Source of the DNA: Minisyncoccia bacterium
GTDB lineage: Bacteria; Patescibacteriota; Minisyncoccia; Phycocordibacterales; UBA918
Direction of reading: 5' to 3'
Assembly (NCBI GenBank): GCA_046598345.1
Contig: JBKJIT010000003.1
Coordinates: 73,023-137,022, forward strand
Length of the DNA stretch: 64,000 bases
The position numbers were made by a program, and so were the translations under genes. The notes beneath the pieces are model-generated. The model saw nothing but the letters and a program-made list of their open reading frames with translations. It had not been told where the DNA came from and made no database searches. This document shows positions 1 to 8,374 of the stretch, piece after piece. Numbering within the stretch: the stretch's first letter is position 1; each line of letters starts with the position of its first letter.

Positions 1-132
1 GACTTACATCCGGATTTTTTGTTATTTCTTCTTATCCTTCTTTGGTTTCTTTTTTTCTTTTTTATGGGTTACTCGTTCTGCCATATGTTACTTGTGACAC
101 ACTAATATATAAGTACTCTAACATATGAGGGC

Positions 133-1737
133 GTGACACGGGGTTACCTTGCACTGGAAAACTTTGATAGTATGGCCTATATGAATACATCTTTTCGCTC
201 ATGGCTCTATCTCACCGTGTTTGTGACGGGAGCCGCAGTCCTTATTGTTGAAGTTGCTGCAGTACGCGTACTTTCTCCGTACTATGGCTCTTCCCTCTAC
301 GTATTTTCGAGTGTGCTTACGGTGATCTTGGGTGCCTTAAGTGCAGGCTACTACGTAGGAGGAAGGATATCGGATCGACTCCCCCGCCATGAGCCACTCT
401 TCACCATTATCGGAGCAAGCGGCGTTGCGATACTTATCATGGAGTGGCTCGCGAAGTATATTCTTCCAGATGGAGCCAATCTTCTCACTTTTATATGGGG
501 TCCACTTGTCTTCGGTCTAGTACTCTTTTTTATTCCTGCCTTTCTCTTAGGTATTGTCTCGCCGTATGTAATTAAATTGCAGTCTCTTCATACGCCGGAA
601 GACAAAATCGGCGGTGTGGTCGGGGCAACTTTTTTCTGGGGAACATTGGGCAGTCTCACTGGAAGTCTCCTCACCGGTTTTGTGTTAATTCCGTTTCTCG
701 GTATCCATGTGAGTATTTTGGGCACAGGCACCACTCTTCTCTTCTTTGGGCTTGTGGTTAGCATACTACTCAGCCGGAATACAAACGAGACCGAGAAGCT
801 TTCATTCTTTGTAACCATTCATAGACACCGCGCGTATCTATTCCTCTTTGTGATTGCAGCGGTTATGATGTTTCTCTTCCGCACGGGGACGCTTGAGTCC
901 ACAAAGCAGGTGCTCTATGAAGCAGATGGGCTCTATAGCAGAATTCAGGTGTATGAACTTTCGCTTGGCCCAAACAGCGTTCGAGTCATGGAAAATGATA
1001 CAAATAATTCCTCTGCAACATATATGACGTCGTACGACCTCCTATTTGGGTATACGCAGTTTGCAGAATTCTATAAGGAATTGCTCCCTGGGTCAGAGCG
1101 GTTCCTGCTTATTGGTGGAGGCGCATACAGCATGCCGCGCACGCTCGTTCGGCGCGACAAGGATTTACTCGTTGATGTGGTGGAAATTGAACCTCGTCTT
1201 TTTACGCTTGCGCAGGAGTACTTTGATCTTTCCGATCTCTCACGAATTCAAAATTTCGCAATTGATGGACGAGTATTTTTAAATGAAAGCACGACGACAT
1301 ACGACATTATTTTTGCAGATGCCTTCGGGACCGATCTCAGTATTCCCTCTCACCTAGCGACTCGCGAGTTTTTTGAAAATGCGAAAGCCCACCTGAGTGA
1401 CGATGGTCTTTTTATGATGAATTACATTGGTAAAATAGATACGCCGAACCCTTCCCTTACTGGGTCTCTCTATAAAACTCTGACAAGCGTATTCCCGAAC
1501 ACAAAAGTGTTTGCGTTCAATCCCGAAAAGCCCGAGGTGCGGCAAAACATCATGTTCGTCTCAAGGAAGAGTGATATGGCAATCACAATCAATCCAAACA
1601 AAAAGGTTGTTGATATCACCCGCCCGCTCATAATTAAGGATATGGAAATTGAAGAAGACACGTTTCTTCTTGATGAAGAACTTACACTCACCGACGACAA
1701 AGCTCCCGTCGAATATTTGATGCTTAAGCAGTCGTAA
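133..1737 (+). CDS. Polytopic membrane protein fused to spermidine synthase-like (aminopropyltransferase-fold) domain
   Basis: N-terminal ~220 aa of repeated hydrophobic helices; C-terminal region with LLIGGGAYSMPR...VDVVEIEP...IIFADAF motifs typical of the SpeE/SAM-dependent transferase fold. The start is GTG at 133, with a GAGGG ribosome-binding site; ATG at 172 is an alternative. Confidence 0.6.
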   Translation: MTRGYLALENFDSMAYMNTSFRSWLYLTVFVTGAAVLIVEVAAVRVLSPYYGSSLYVFSSVLTVILGALSAGYYVGGRISDRLPRHEPLFTIIGASGVAILIMEWLAKYILPDGANLLTFIWGPLVFGLVLFFIPAFLLGIVSPYVIKLQSLHTPEDKIGGVVGATFFWGTLGSLTGSLLTGFVLIPFLGIHVSILGTGTTLLFFGLVVSILLSRNTNETEKLSFFVTIHRHRAYLFLFVIAAVMMFLFRTGTLESTKQVLYEADGLYSRIQVYELSLGPNSVRVMENDTNNSSATYMTSYDLLFGYTQFAEFYKELLPGSERFLLIGGGAYSMPRTLVRRDKDLLVDVVEIEPRLFTLAQEYFDLSDLSRIQNFAIDGRVFLNESTTTYDIIFADAFGTDLSIPSHLATREFFENAKAHLSDDGLFMMNYIGKIDTPNPSLTGSLYKTLTSVFPNTKVFAFNPEKPEVRQNIMFVSRKSDMAITINPNKKVVDITRPLIIKDMEIEEDTFLLDEELTLTDDKAPVEYLMLKQS

Positions 1738-1745
1738 ACCCTTCA

Positions 1746-1773
1746 TTGACAGACCGTTCCTGAGTGGTAGAGT
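1746..1773 (+). promoter_or_regulatory. sigma70-like promoter TTGACA-16-TAGAGT upstream of hfq
   Basis: TTGACA at 1746-1751, TAGAGT at 1768-1773, followed by an AAGGAG ribosome-binding site and a GTG start. Confidence 0.5.
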
Positions 1774-1825
1774 GCGGTCACTCATAGCGCATGTTGCGCA
1801 GTGAAAAACAACTAAGGAGTTCTTC

Positions 1826-2071
1826 GTGTCACAAAAGCATACAACGTTGCAAGACCCATTCCTCAACCAGCTTCGCAAAGAGCACATGCAAGTGTCGATT
1901 TATCTCGTAAATGGCATCAAGCTGCAGGGCCAAATCGAATCGTTCGACCAGTACGTAATTTTGCTCAAGAACACTGTGACTCAGATGGTCTACAAGCATG
2001 CGATCTCTACAGTGGTTCCCGCGAGGACAATTTCCATTCAGCGAGATGAGGGGAACGAGCCTCCAAGTTGA
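1826..2071 (+). CDS. hfq: RNA chaperone Hfq
   Basis: Sm motif [57 protein letters not shown], near-identical to the canonical Hfq core. GTG start 7 nt after AAGGAG. Confidence 0.9.
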   Translation: MSQKHTTLQDPFLNQLRKEHMQVSIYLVNGIKLQGQIESFDQYVILLKNTVTQMVYKHAISTVVPARTISIQRDEGNEPPS

Positions 2072-2094
2072 TTGTTCTCTTAAGGAGAGTCCAT

Positions 2095-2124
2095 CCGGCG
2101 CAGTTTCACGCGCCGGTTTTTTTA
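2095..2124 (+). terminator. Intrinsic terminator after hfq
   Basis: ccggcgcagtttcacgcgccgg hairpin followed by a T7 run. Confidence 0.7.
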
Positions 2125-2153
2125 TTCTTCTTTATATTTGATACACTATCAAA

Positions 2154-2951
2154 ATGAAAATATTCTCGTGGAATGTGAATGGAATACGTGCTGTGCATAA
2201 AAAGGGGCTTTTTGTTCCGTTTATAGAAAAATATAATCCTGATATCCTTTGCCTCCAGGAGACAAAAGCAATGCAGGAACAATCAGTGATTGATCTCCCC
2301 GAGTACGACGAATACTGGAACTCAGCTCTGAAAAAAGGCTACTCGGGCACCGCTATTTTCACCAAAGTTGCTCCAGAGGAGGTTATTTTAGGAATTCCCG
2401 AGAAAATCTGTGCGAAATACAACCTCACAGACTCCTATGGAGATACCACCAAAGAAGGCCGGGTTATTACAATGGAATTTGAGAACTTCTTTGTAAGTAC
2501 GGTCTATACCCCGAATGCTAAAGATGATCTTTCCCGCATTCCGATGCGTACAGCGTGGGATCCCGCCTACCTCGATTTTATGAATACTCTTCAGAAAAAG
2601 AAACCGGTAATTTTCTGTGGGGACTTAAACGTGGCGCACACAGAAGACGATCTTGCACGGCCGAAAGAAAACGAAGGTATGAAAGGATTTACAAAAGAAG
2701 AACGAAGCGGTATTGATGCACTGTTGAAGGCAGGCTTCGTGGATACCTTCAGAATGTTCACAAAAGGGAATGGCCATTATTCATGGTGGTCAAATTTCAA
2801 TGCGGCAAGAGAGCGGAATGTTGGGTGGAGAATAGACTACATGATGGCCTCTAAATCACTCTCTCCAATTATAAAAAAAGCACTGATTCATGCTGAAGTG
2901 TATGGTAGCGACCACTGCCCTGTTTCAATTGATATTGATCTCGAAATGTAA
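2154..2951 (+). CDS. xth: Exodeoxyribonuclease III
   Basis: MKIFSWNVNGIRA...LCLQETK...GDLNVAH...SDHCPV, the hallmarks of the ExoIII/AP endonuclease family. Confidence 0.9.
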   Translation: MKIFSWNVNGIRAVHKKGLFVPFIEKYNPDILCLQETKAMQEQSVIDLPEYDEYWNSALKKGYSGTAIFTKVAPEEVILGIPEKICAKYNLTDSYGDTTKEGRVITMEFENFFVSTVYTPNAKDDLSRIPMRTAWDPAYLDFMNTLQKKKPVIFCGDLNVAHTEDDLARPKENEGMKGFTKEERSGIDALLKAGFVDTFRMFTKGNGHYSWWSNFNAARERNVGWRIDYMMASKSLSPIIKKALIHAEVYGSDHCPVSIDIDLEM

Positions 2952-2973
2952 AAACTGGCTTAAAATAAACACA

Positions 2974-3012
2974 AAATAGTGCATGTCCTTTTTAAAGGAC
3001 ATGCACTATTTT
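2974..3012 (+). terminator. Perfect 18-bp-stem hairpin terminator after xth
   Basis: aaatagtgcatgtccttt ttaa aggacatgcactatttt. A second, related hairpin (ggtatgtccttta...taaaggacatacc) lies at 3036-3075. Confidence 0.65.
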
Positions 3013-3527
3013 GATATCCACAGTTATGCACAGGTATGTCCTTTACACGTAATTCTAAAGGACATACCATAGTGTCAGGCCCAGAAAGGGCGAGCAGGTT
3101 CTCTCCTCGGAGAGTAACCCCTTAAAGAGATCATTATAAAATTGAGTTAATACCTCCAAAATAAACTCTAAGTACATCACGGTGAAGATCGTTAGAACCA
3201 TGCATAATGGTTCATGCAAGAATCACCAAAAAACAAGAGTCGCAAGAACGGGTACGGAGCACCTATAACTCCACCCTTAGGGACTCCGTCCCAGACGACT
3301 CAAAACCACCCCACAAACAAGGCCTGACGGATCGGCCGATGAGCACACGCTCACCTATCGATCCCTCAGGCCTTTTTTATTATTCAGCCTTCAAAACTGG
3401 CAAATTTCATCCACAAAATTTCAACCTTCCTTCTCACCGTATGTTTAATACGTTTCGCAGGAAGGTTTTATTTTGTCGCGAACTTCACTCGGTTTTGAAG
3501 GCTGAATTCCCTATATTGGACATTCAC

Positions 3528-5000
3528 TTAGCAGCAAGCACCGTGTTTTTTTTGCAATTCCTGTATTGCCATAGTCTCCTCTTCATCTCGCTTCTGTTTC
3601 CCTGCTTCTCCAAGCTGAATAAGGGCTTCAAGCGGTAATGCCATTAGCTCCACTGCCCTTTTTTCCATATATTCCTCTGTGTTTTTTCCTGGATCCTCCA
3701 AAACCTCTTCTAAGAGTGCATGGAGGGTGTGTCCGAGTTTAGGTCCGGGTTTCTCCCCAGATAATTCCATGATACGCGAACCATCAATCTTGAGCATTTT
3801 GACGGAGATAGGGTCGCGGAGAGCCTGCTCTACCATGGCGGTGTACTTCCGGAGACGAAGTGGCTGCTCTTTCGGCCTTCCTGTCCCAATTCGATCACAG
3901 CGCCTGAGTTGAAGGAGTTCCCATATGTGCTCTTCTCCCACATTTGCAATTGTCCGTCGAACTGCTGAGAGTGTGACTTGATCGGGGTCGCTAAAAAACA
4001 TGTGCCACCGGACGAGCTTCACCACTTTTTCAATGGTTTCACGTGGAAACTTGAGGTCCTGAAGTGCTTTTTTCGTGACCCGTGCCCCTACGACCTCATG
4101 TCCATGGAACGTCCAATCCTTCTTTTCATCAGACCATCGCCTTGTCTCGGGTTTTGAGACATCGTGAAACAATCCCGCCAACCGAACGTCGAAATGCCAG
4201 TCTTTGTCAGCGGCATGTTGCATGGTGCGAAGTAAATGCTCGTATACGTCAAACGCATGAGCCTGATTTTGCTCAATTCCAATTCCCCGCAGCAGATCTG
4301 GGGCTATATGCTTGAGTAAACCTAATTTCTCGAGGAAGATGATCCCCTGCATAGGGTGTTTTGAGCTTAGAATACGGCTAAATTCGTCGCGAATGCGCTC
4401 TTTTGATATCCGAGCTAAGTTATCACCCACTGCGGCAATGGCTGTAAGCGTATCCCCTTCTATAACGAAGTCTAATTCGACGGCGAGCCGCACAGCACGC
4501 ATCATACGGAGTGCATCTTCACTGAAGCGCTCTGCTGCATTCCCTACCGCTCTGATCCTTTTATCTTGAATATCGCGTATTCCTTCGAAGAGATCCACTG
4601 TTTTTTCCCCCTCCAACCTAAAAGCAATGGCGTTCACCGTAAAGTCTCGTCGTTTCAGGTCTTCTTCGAGGGACACACCAAATTCTACTGAGTCAGGGCG
4701 TCGGGCATCAGAATATACCGATTCGGTTCGGTATGGGGTCACTTCCACCACTTTCAAGGCTGGATTTTCTGTTTCTGACACTACGCCTACTGTGCCGAAG
4801 TCATTATTGAGGTATGTTTCCGGAAACAAGGAGACAATTTCTGTAGGATGCGCGTTTGTCGTTATATCCCAATCCTTTGGCTCCTTACCAATAAGAAGAT
4901 CTCGCACACACCCTCCAACTAGGTAGGCTTCATATCCCCCTTTCTCTAGGGTATCCGCAATATGTTGCACTTCTTTTGGTATATCACTCCGGACAATCAT
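3528..5000 (-). CDS. cca: CCA-adding tRNA nucleotidyltransferase with HD domain
   Basis: GGCVRDLLIGKEPKDWDITT polymerase-beta head motif, plus a C-terminal HD domain. The likely start is MIVRSD at 5000. The longer ORF, extending to 5150, would overlap tRNA-Arg. Confidence 0.85.
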   Translation of the reverse strand: MIVRSDIPKEVQHIADTLEKGGYEAYLVGGCVRDLLIGKEPKDWDITTNAHPTEIVSLFPETYLNNDFGTVGVVSETENPALKVVEVTPYRTESVYSDARRPDSVEFGVSLEEDLKRRDFTVNAIAFRLEGEKTVDLFEGIRDIQDKRIRAVGNAAERFSEDALRMMRAVRLAVELDFVIEGDTLTAIAAVGDNLARISKERIRDEFSRILSSKHPMQGIIFLEKLGLLKHIAPDLLRGIGIEQNQAHAFDVYEHLLRTMQHAADKDWHFDVRLAGLFHDVSKPETRRWSDEKKDWTFHGHEVVGARVTKKALQDLKFPRETIEKVVKLVRWHMFFSDPDQVTLSAVRRTIANVGEEHIWELLQLRRCDRIGTGRPKEQPLRLRKYTAMVEQALRDPISVKMLKIDGSRIMELSGEKPGPKLGHTLHALLEEVLEDPGKNTEEYMEKRAVELMALPLEALIQLGEAGKQKRDEEETMAIQELQKKHGACC

Positions 5001-5077
5001 GCTACCGATTGTAGCAGACTTTTCATACTTTTTCGTTGCAAATTCTAGCTTTAAAACGTATGATACGTCGACATTTT

Positions 5078-5149
5078 GCACCCATAGTGAAATGGATATC
5101 ATTTTTGACTTCGGATCAAACGTTCCAGGTTCGAGTCCTGGTGGGTGCA
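5078..5149 (+). tRNA. tRNA-Arg(TCG)
   Basis: Hand-folded: acceptor GCACCCA/TGGGTGC, D-stem GTGA/TCAT, anticodon stem TTTGA/TCAAA with loop CTTCGGA (anticodon TCG), T-arm CCAGG-TTCGAGT-CCTGG, discriminator A. CCA is not encoded. Confidence 0.85.
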
Positions 5150-5156
5150 CACGAGC

Positions 5157-5196
5157 AAAACAAAACCAGCATTCTCAGGAATGCTGGTTTTGTTTT
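5157..5196 (+). terminator. Hairpin terminator after tRNA-Arg
   Basis: aaaacaaaaccagcattc tcag gaatgctggttttgtttt, a perfect inverted repeat. Confidence 0.65.
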
Positions 5197-5241
5197 AGAG
5201 ACAGAAAGACTTCTGTCTCGGCTCGTGTGCAAGACGGAGCG

Positions 5242-5325
5242 TTATTTTCTTTCCTCACAGAAAGAAAATCGCGAGTCAGGGCAGGAGGTTCTTAGTGAGC
5301 AAAGCGAACTTAGAAACCTGCGCCA
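5242..5325 (+). repeat. Repeat family 2, copy A: stem GATTTTCTTTC/GAAAGAAAAT, then CGCGAG-TCAGGGCAGGAGG-TTCTTAG...CTTAGAAACCTGCG
   Basis: About 70% identical, with conserved blocks, to 11453-11507 (+) and 14412-14466 (-). The GGTT/AACC stem covaries among copies. Confidence 0.7.
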
Positions 5326-5360
5326 CCAAGTGCAAGGCGTAGTAATGTTTTTTAACTACA

Positions 5361-5389
5361 TTGCCTTCCCCTCTCCCCCATACTATAAT
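5361..5389 (+). promoter_or_regulatory. Promoter TTGCCT-17-TATAAT for tRNA-Gly(GCC)
   Basis: TTGCCT at 5361-5366, TATAAT at 5384-5389, about 18 nt upstream of the tRNA 5' end. Confidence 0.55.
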
Positions 5390-5407
5390 CTCTTCACAAT
5401 TTGAATT

Positions 5408-5478
5408 GCGGCCATGGTTAAATGGTATAACGAGTCCTTGCCAAGGATTAGTTGGGAGTTCGATTCTCCCTGGCCGCA
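5408..5478 (+). tRNA. tRNA-Gly(GCC)
   Basis: Acceptor GCGGCCA/TGGCCGC, D-arm GTTA-AATGGTA-TAAC, anticodon stem AGTCC/GGATT with loop TTGCCAA (anticodon GCC), T-arm GGGAG-TTCGATT-CTCCC. Confidence 0.85.
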
Positions 5479-5564
5479 CTAGGATAAGAAAAACTGGGCC
5501 TCGTGCCCGGTTTTTCGTATCCTTGCTGGAGAATCGAAAAGGTTGTCGATAATTCCGACTACAA

Positions 5565-5606
5565 GGAAGAAAGTATCATACAACCTGAACAGGTCCTGCA
5601 AGGACC
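5565..5606 (+). repeat. Repeat family 1, copy c5: GAAAGTATCATACAACCTGAACAG-GTCC-TGCAA-GGAC
   Basis: It shares the GAAAAGTATC...CAACCTG(A/T)AC(A/T)G-stem-TG(T)AA-stem' architecture with 11361-11432, 11521-11575, 44281-44340 and 46727-46790. The stems differ in a compensatory way. Confidence 0.65.
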
Positions 5607-5835
5607 GGCTCTCCCTGGGCGCCAAAATTAAAAACAACCACATCCAGACACAACTGTTGAAAACTGGGGAGAAGTAAGTTGATATGTGTATAAAGGACAA
5701 TTTGTAAAAGTCGTGTTGTCCTTAATATATGGCGTATAGACTTGATATGATAAGGTTTACTCTAGTTTTTAATGCTTGAATAGGTGTTTCACGTGGAACG
5801 TGTTTCCCATGAAACATATGTAGTAAGGTATATCC

Positions 5836-6231
5836 ATGGCTATACATAATACTATTGGAAGACTCGGGGAAGATTTGGCTGCCGACTGGCTCCGAAGGAA
5901 GGGTTTTACCATTGTTTCATGCAATTACAGACAAAAGTGGGGGGAGATTGATATTATCGCTAAAATGGATGGGCGTACTCACTTTTGTGAAGTGAAGACC
6001 GTTTCATATGAAACCATGTCTTTACTCGAGTATGCTGTTTCACATGGAACTTGGAGACCAGAGGAAAAGGTTGATTCGTATAAGCTTAAAAAATTCGCGA
6101 GAACAGTGGAAACTTGGCTTTCTGAAAATAAATACTTAGGTTCTTGGCAGATTGATGTTATTGCAGTGCGAATGGTTCCACGTGAAAAGCACGCAAGAAT
6201 AACAATAATCGAAAACGTGATTATTGAATGA
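5836..6231 (+). CDS. YraN/UPF0102 family endonuclease
   Basis: GEDLAADWLRRKGFTIVSCNYRQKWGEIDIIAKMDGRTHFCEVKT, the UPF0102 signature. Confidence 0.8.
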   Translation: MAIHNTIGRLGEDLAADWLRRKGFTIVSCNYRQKWGEIDIIAKMDGRTHFCEVKTVSYETMSLLEYAVSHGTWRPEEKVDSYKLKKFARTVETWLSENKYLGSWQIDVIAVRMVPREKHARITIIENVIIE

Positions 6232-6246
6232 TTCCACGTGAAACAT

Positions 6247-6867
6247 CTATTTCTGAAGCAATTTCTGAATATCTTCGATAATTTCAGGGAATGTGGGTGA
6301 ATTGAAGTGTCCTCTGTCCTTAAATAAGATATATTCAGCTTTTGGTAGGGCTATGTGATACTTTTCTCCATGTGAATAGGGAACGCAGTCATCGTCTTTT
6401 GAGTGATAAATAACGATGTTTTCGGTGTTCTTGTAGATATCTACAAGCTTAGAGGGGTCAGGGTTAAAATCCCCACCGTCCTCGCCACCGAAATTATCTG
6501 GCTCAAAGGGTGCTGCAACGAGATACAGTTTCCGAATAGGGAAAGGCGTTTGGTTTTCTGAAAGGTATTTTGCAAGAAAATACGCCCCCTGTGAGTGTCC
6601 TATAAGGATTATTTCCCCATTTATTAGCTCAAAATAACGCTCGAACCAGATTTTCCATTCGATATAGCGCGCGTTTTGTGTGTTGGGCATGGATGGATAA
6701 AAGACATCACACGTTGACCCAAATTCTTCTCTCAGTGTTTCTTTCCATTTTTTTCGCTTCAAAATACCAAAAAAATCATCAATTGGCTCTGTTCTTAGGT
6801 TTTCTAAGAACATTTCATAGTTTCGGTACGCTGTGCCTCCATGGATGTAGACGATTTGAGTTTTCAT
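6247..6867 (-). CDS. Alpha/beta hydrolase fold serine hydrolase
   Basis: GHSQGAYF nucleophile elbow (G-x-S-x-G). The size and layout fit small esterase/RBBP9-like hydrolases. Confidence 0.55.
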   Translation of the reverse strand: MKTQIVYIHGGTAYRNYEMFLENLRTEPIDDFFGILKRKKWKETLREEFGSTCDVFYPSMPNTQNARYIEWKIWFERYFELINGEIILIGHSQGAYFLAKYLSENQTPFPIRKLYLVAAPFEPDNFGGEDGGDFNPDPSKLVDIYKNTENIVIYHSKDDDCVPYSHGEKYHIALPKAEYILFKDRGHFNSPTFPEIIEDIQKLLQK

Positions 6868-6936
6868 CTAACCATAATACGAAACAATCCTGACTTTGTC
6901 AGGATTGTTTCGTATTCTGATTGAGAGTGGACTCTT

Positions 6937-6983
6937 TCATTTTAGTGTCTTCGTCCTGATATGGGTCGGGGAGCAGGGAATCT
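6937..6983 (-). repeat. Partial duplicate of the tRNA-Pro 3' end plus downstream flank (att-like direct repeat)
   Basis: ttcattttagtgtcttcgtcctgatatgggtcggggagcagggaatc versus 7279-7325 ttcattttggtgtctttgtcctaacctgggtcggggagcagggaatc. About 48 bp with about 6 mismatches, 342 bp apart. Confidence 0.7.
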
Positions 6984-7056
6984 TTCCTTACATTAACAGT
7001 CTAGGTTGTATGACCATTTCTTTCAGAAATGTTCGACAACCTTTTCGATTCCCTTG

Positions 7057-7104
7057 CGACAATAACAATAAAGACCGGCATAAGCCGGCCATTATTGTTA
7101 TTGT
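7057..7104. repeat. Long near-perfect hairpin (about 20-bp stem)
   Basis: gacaataacaataa-agaccggc-ataa-gccggcc-attattgttattgtc. Confidence 0.6.
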
Positions 7105-7307
7105 CGGGGAGATCGGGTGAGAAAGTACGGGGTACTTTCGCAAGAGCCTGACCACACCTTTCTTCGAAAGCCACAACAATTTTCTTACAGAAACTGTCTA
7201 CTTACATGATTTTGTTCATACTATTCACAAAATCGTTGTAAGTCTTGCGTTGCAAAGCAACTCACCCAGATTGTTGGTTCATTTTGGTGTCTTTGTCCTA
7301 ACCTGGG

Positions 7308-7378
7308 TCGGGGAGCAGGGAATCGAACCCTGACCACACGGTCCCAAACCGCGTACACTACCACTATGCTACACCCCG
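7308..7378 (-). tRNA. tRNA-Pro(TGG)
   Basis: The reverse complement folds as follows. Acceptor CGGGGTG/CTCCCCG, with one U-U mismatch at 6-67. D-arm GCAT-AGTGGTA-GTGT. Anticodon stem CGCGG/CCGTG with loop TTTGGGA. T-arm CAGGG-TTCGATT-CCCTG. Confidence 0.75.
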
Positions 7379-7423
7379 ACCCAAACTGGGACGAGATCTA
7401 GAACCAAGACACCAAAATGAACC

Positions 7424-7459
7424 CCAAACCGCGTACACTACCACTATGCTACACCCCGA
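7424..7459 (-). repeat. Perfect 36-bp duplicate of the tRNA-Pro 5' half
   Basis: cccaaaccgcgtacactaccactatgctacaccccga is identical to 7344-7379. It lies 80 bp upstream of the gene in the tRNA sense. An 18-bp inverted repeat, ggttcattttggtgtctt/aagacaccaaaatgaacc, also flanks the tRNA at 7276-7294 and 7405-7423. Confidence 0.75.
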
Positions 7460-7487
7460 TGTAGCGAGAGAAGTCGCAAAGTAAAGG

Positions 7488-7549
7488 CATTTTTACCGGA
7501 ATGTCTGAAAATAAAGCTTGTTTAATTTTCAGACATTCCGGTAAAAATG
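7488..7549. promoter_or_regulatory. 25-bp perfect inverted repeat with a 12-nt loop, upstream of the ECF sigma gene
   Basis: catttttaccggaatgtctgaaaat-aaagcttgttta-attttcagacattccggtaaaaatg. ORF 7501-7710 spans it and is probably spurious. Confidence 0.6.
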
Positions 7550-7774
7550 AGCATGTTCAGCATGCGCACTTTGCGATTTCCGAGCGAAGAAGGGTTGTAT
7601 CGCAGATACACCCACACCCCTCTATTGGTCAAAAAGCGATTCTTCTTGACGGCGAAATAATACCATCGACTCACGAAATATGCGAATCGGTGCCAGAGGC
7701 CTTGACATGAGCACTGTCATATTTCACTGAAAGAAGTCGGCTTTTTAACCGTCTTCGATTATAATGGTTTCCAC

Positions 7775-8371
7775 ATGGGCAGAGAACCAGAAAAACCACG
7801 TCGGAAACCGACAGGCGACCAAGAAGGAAGCCAAGAGGAGCGTTTTTTGAAAGCGTTTGATGAGTACGTAGACGCGCTCTATCGCCACTCGTCATTTCGG
7901 TTGGCTGATAAAGAACGATCTATTGAGCTCGTGCATGACACCTTCACCAAAGTGTGGGGATACATTCGTGCCGGGCATACCATTGATTCATACAAGCCCT
8001 TTTTGTATAAGGTGCTCAACAATCTTGTAATTGATGAGTATCGTCGTAAAAAGGATGTCTCTCTCGACTCGCTTCTTGCTGAAGAGGGGAAGAGTGAGAG
8101 TTCATTTGATGAGCTCCACGAGGGTTCGATCGAAGAAGTCGTCTTTGGACTTGATGCGAAGAAAGCGGTCGTACTTATCCATGAATTACCACACACGTAT
8201 CGTGAGGTGATCACACTCCGTTATATTGACGGCTTAGGTCCAAAAGAGATCAGCGTCCTCATCGAGGAGACCGAGAATGTTGTGTCGGTACGAATTCATC
8301 GAGCGCTCCGGTTACTTCGGGAACGGATCGAACTTTTGGAAGAAAAATCCAGACGAAAACGAAATGTATAG
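7775..8371 (+). CDS. ECF-type RNA polymerase sigma factor (sigma-24 family)
   Basis: Region 2 (DTFTKVWGYIRAG...YKPFLYKVLNNLVIDEYRRK) and region 4 (EVITLRYIDGLGPKEISVLIEETENVVSVRIHRALRLLRE). A TATAAT box lies 12 nt upstream. A possible ECF-like motif, TGAAAG-N15-CCGTCT, sits at about 7731-7757. Confidence 0.85.
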   Translation: MGREPEKPRRKPTGDQEGSQEERFLKAFDEYVDALYRHSSFRLADKERSIELVHDTFTKVWGYIRAGHTIDSYKPFLYKVLNNLVIDEYRRKKDVSLDSLLAEEGKSESSFDELHEGSIEEVVFGLDAKKAVVLIHELPHTYREVITLRYIDGLGPKEISVLIEETENVVSVRIHRALRLLRERIELLEEKSRRKRNV

Positions 8372-8374
8372 ACT

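Noticed and set aside
3207-3638. 143-aa ORF
   Set aside because: It overlaps the cca C-terminus antisense and has low-complexity composition.
5000-5150. N-terminal 50-aa extension of the cca ORF (MHPPGLEPGTFDPKSK...)
   Set aside because: It is the reverse-strand translation of tRNA-Arg. The true start is the internal MIVRSD.
5276-5552. ORFs 5276-5479 (-) and 5361-5552 (+)
   Set aside because: They overlap tRNA-Gly(GCC) and the family 2 repeat. Their 'peptides' (HPPGLEPGTF-like strings) are simply tRNA sequence translated.
7501-7710. 69-aa ORF upstream of the ECF sigma gene
   Set aside because: It begins inside the 25-bp perfect palindrome and has no ribosome-binding site. It is more likely regulatory DNA.
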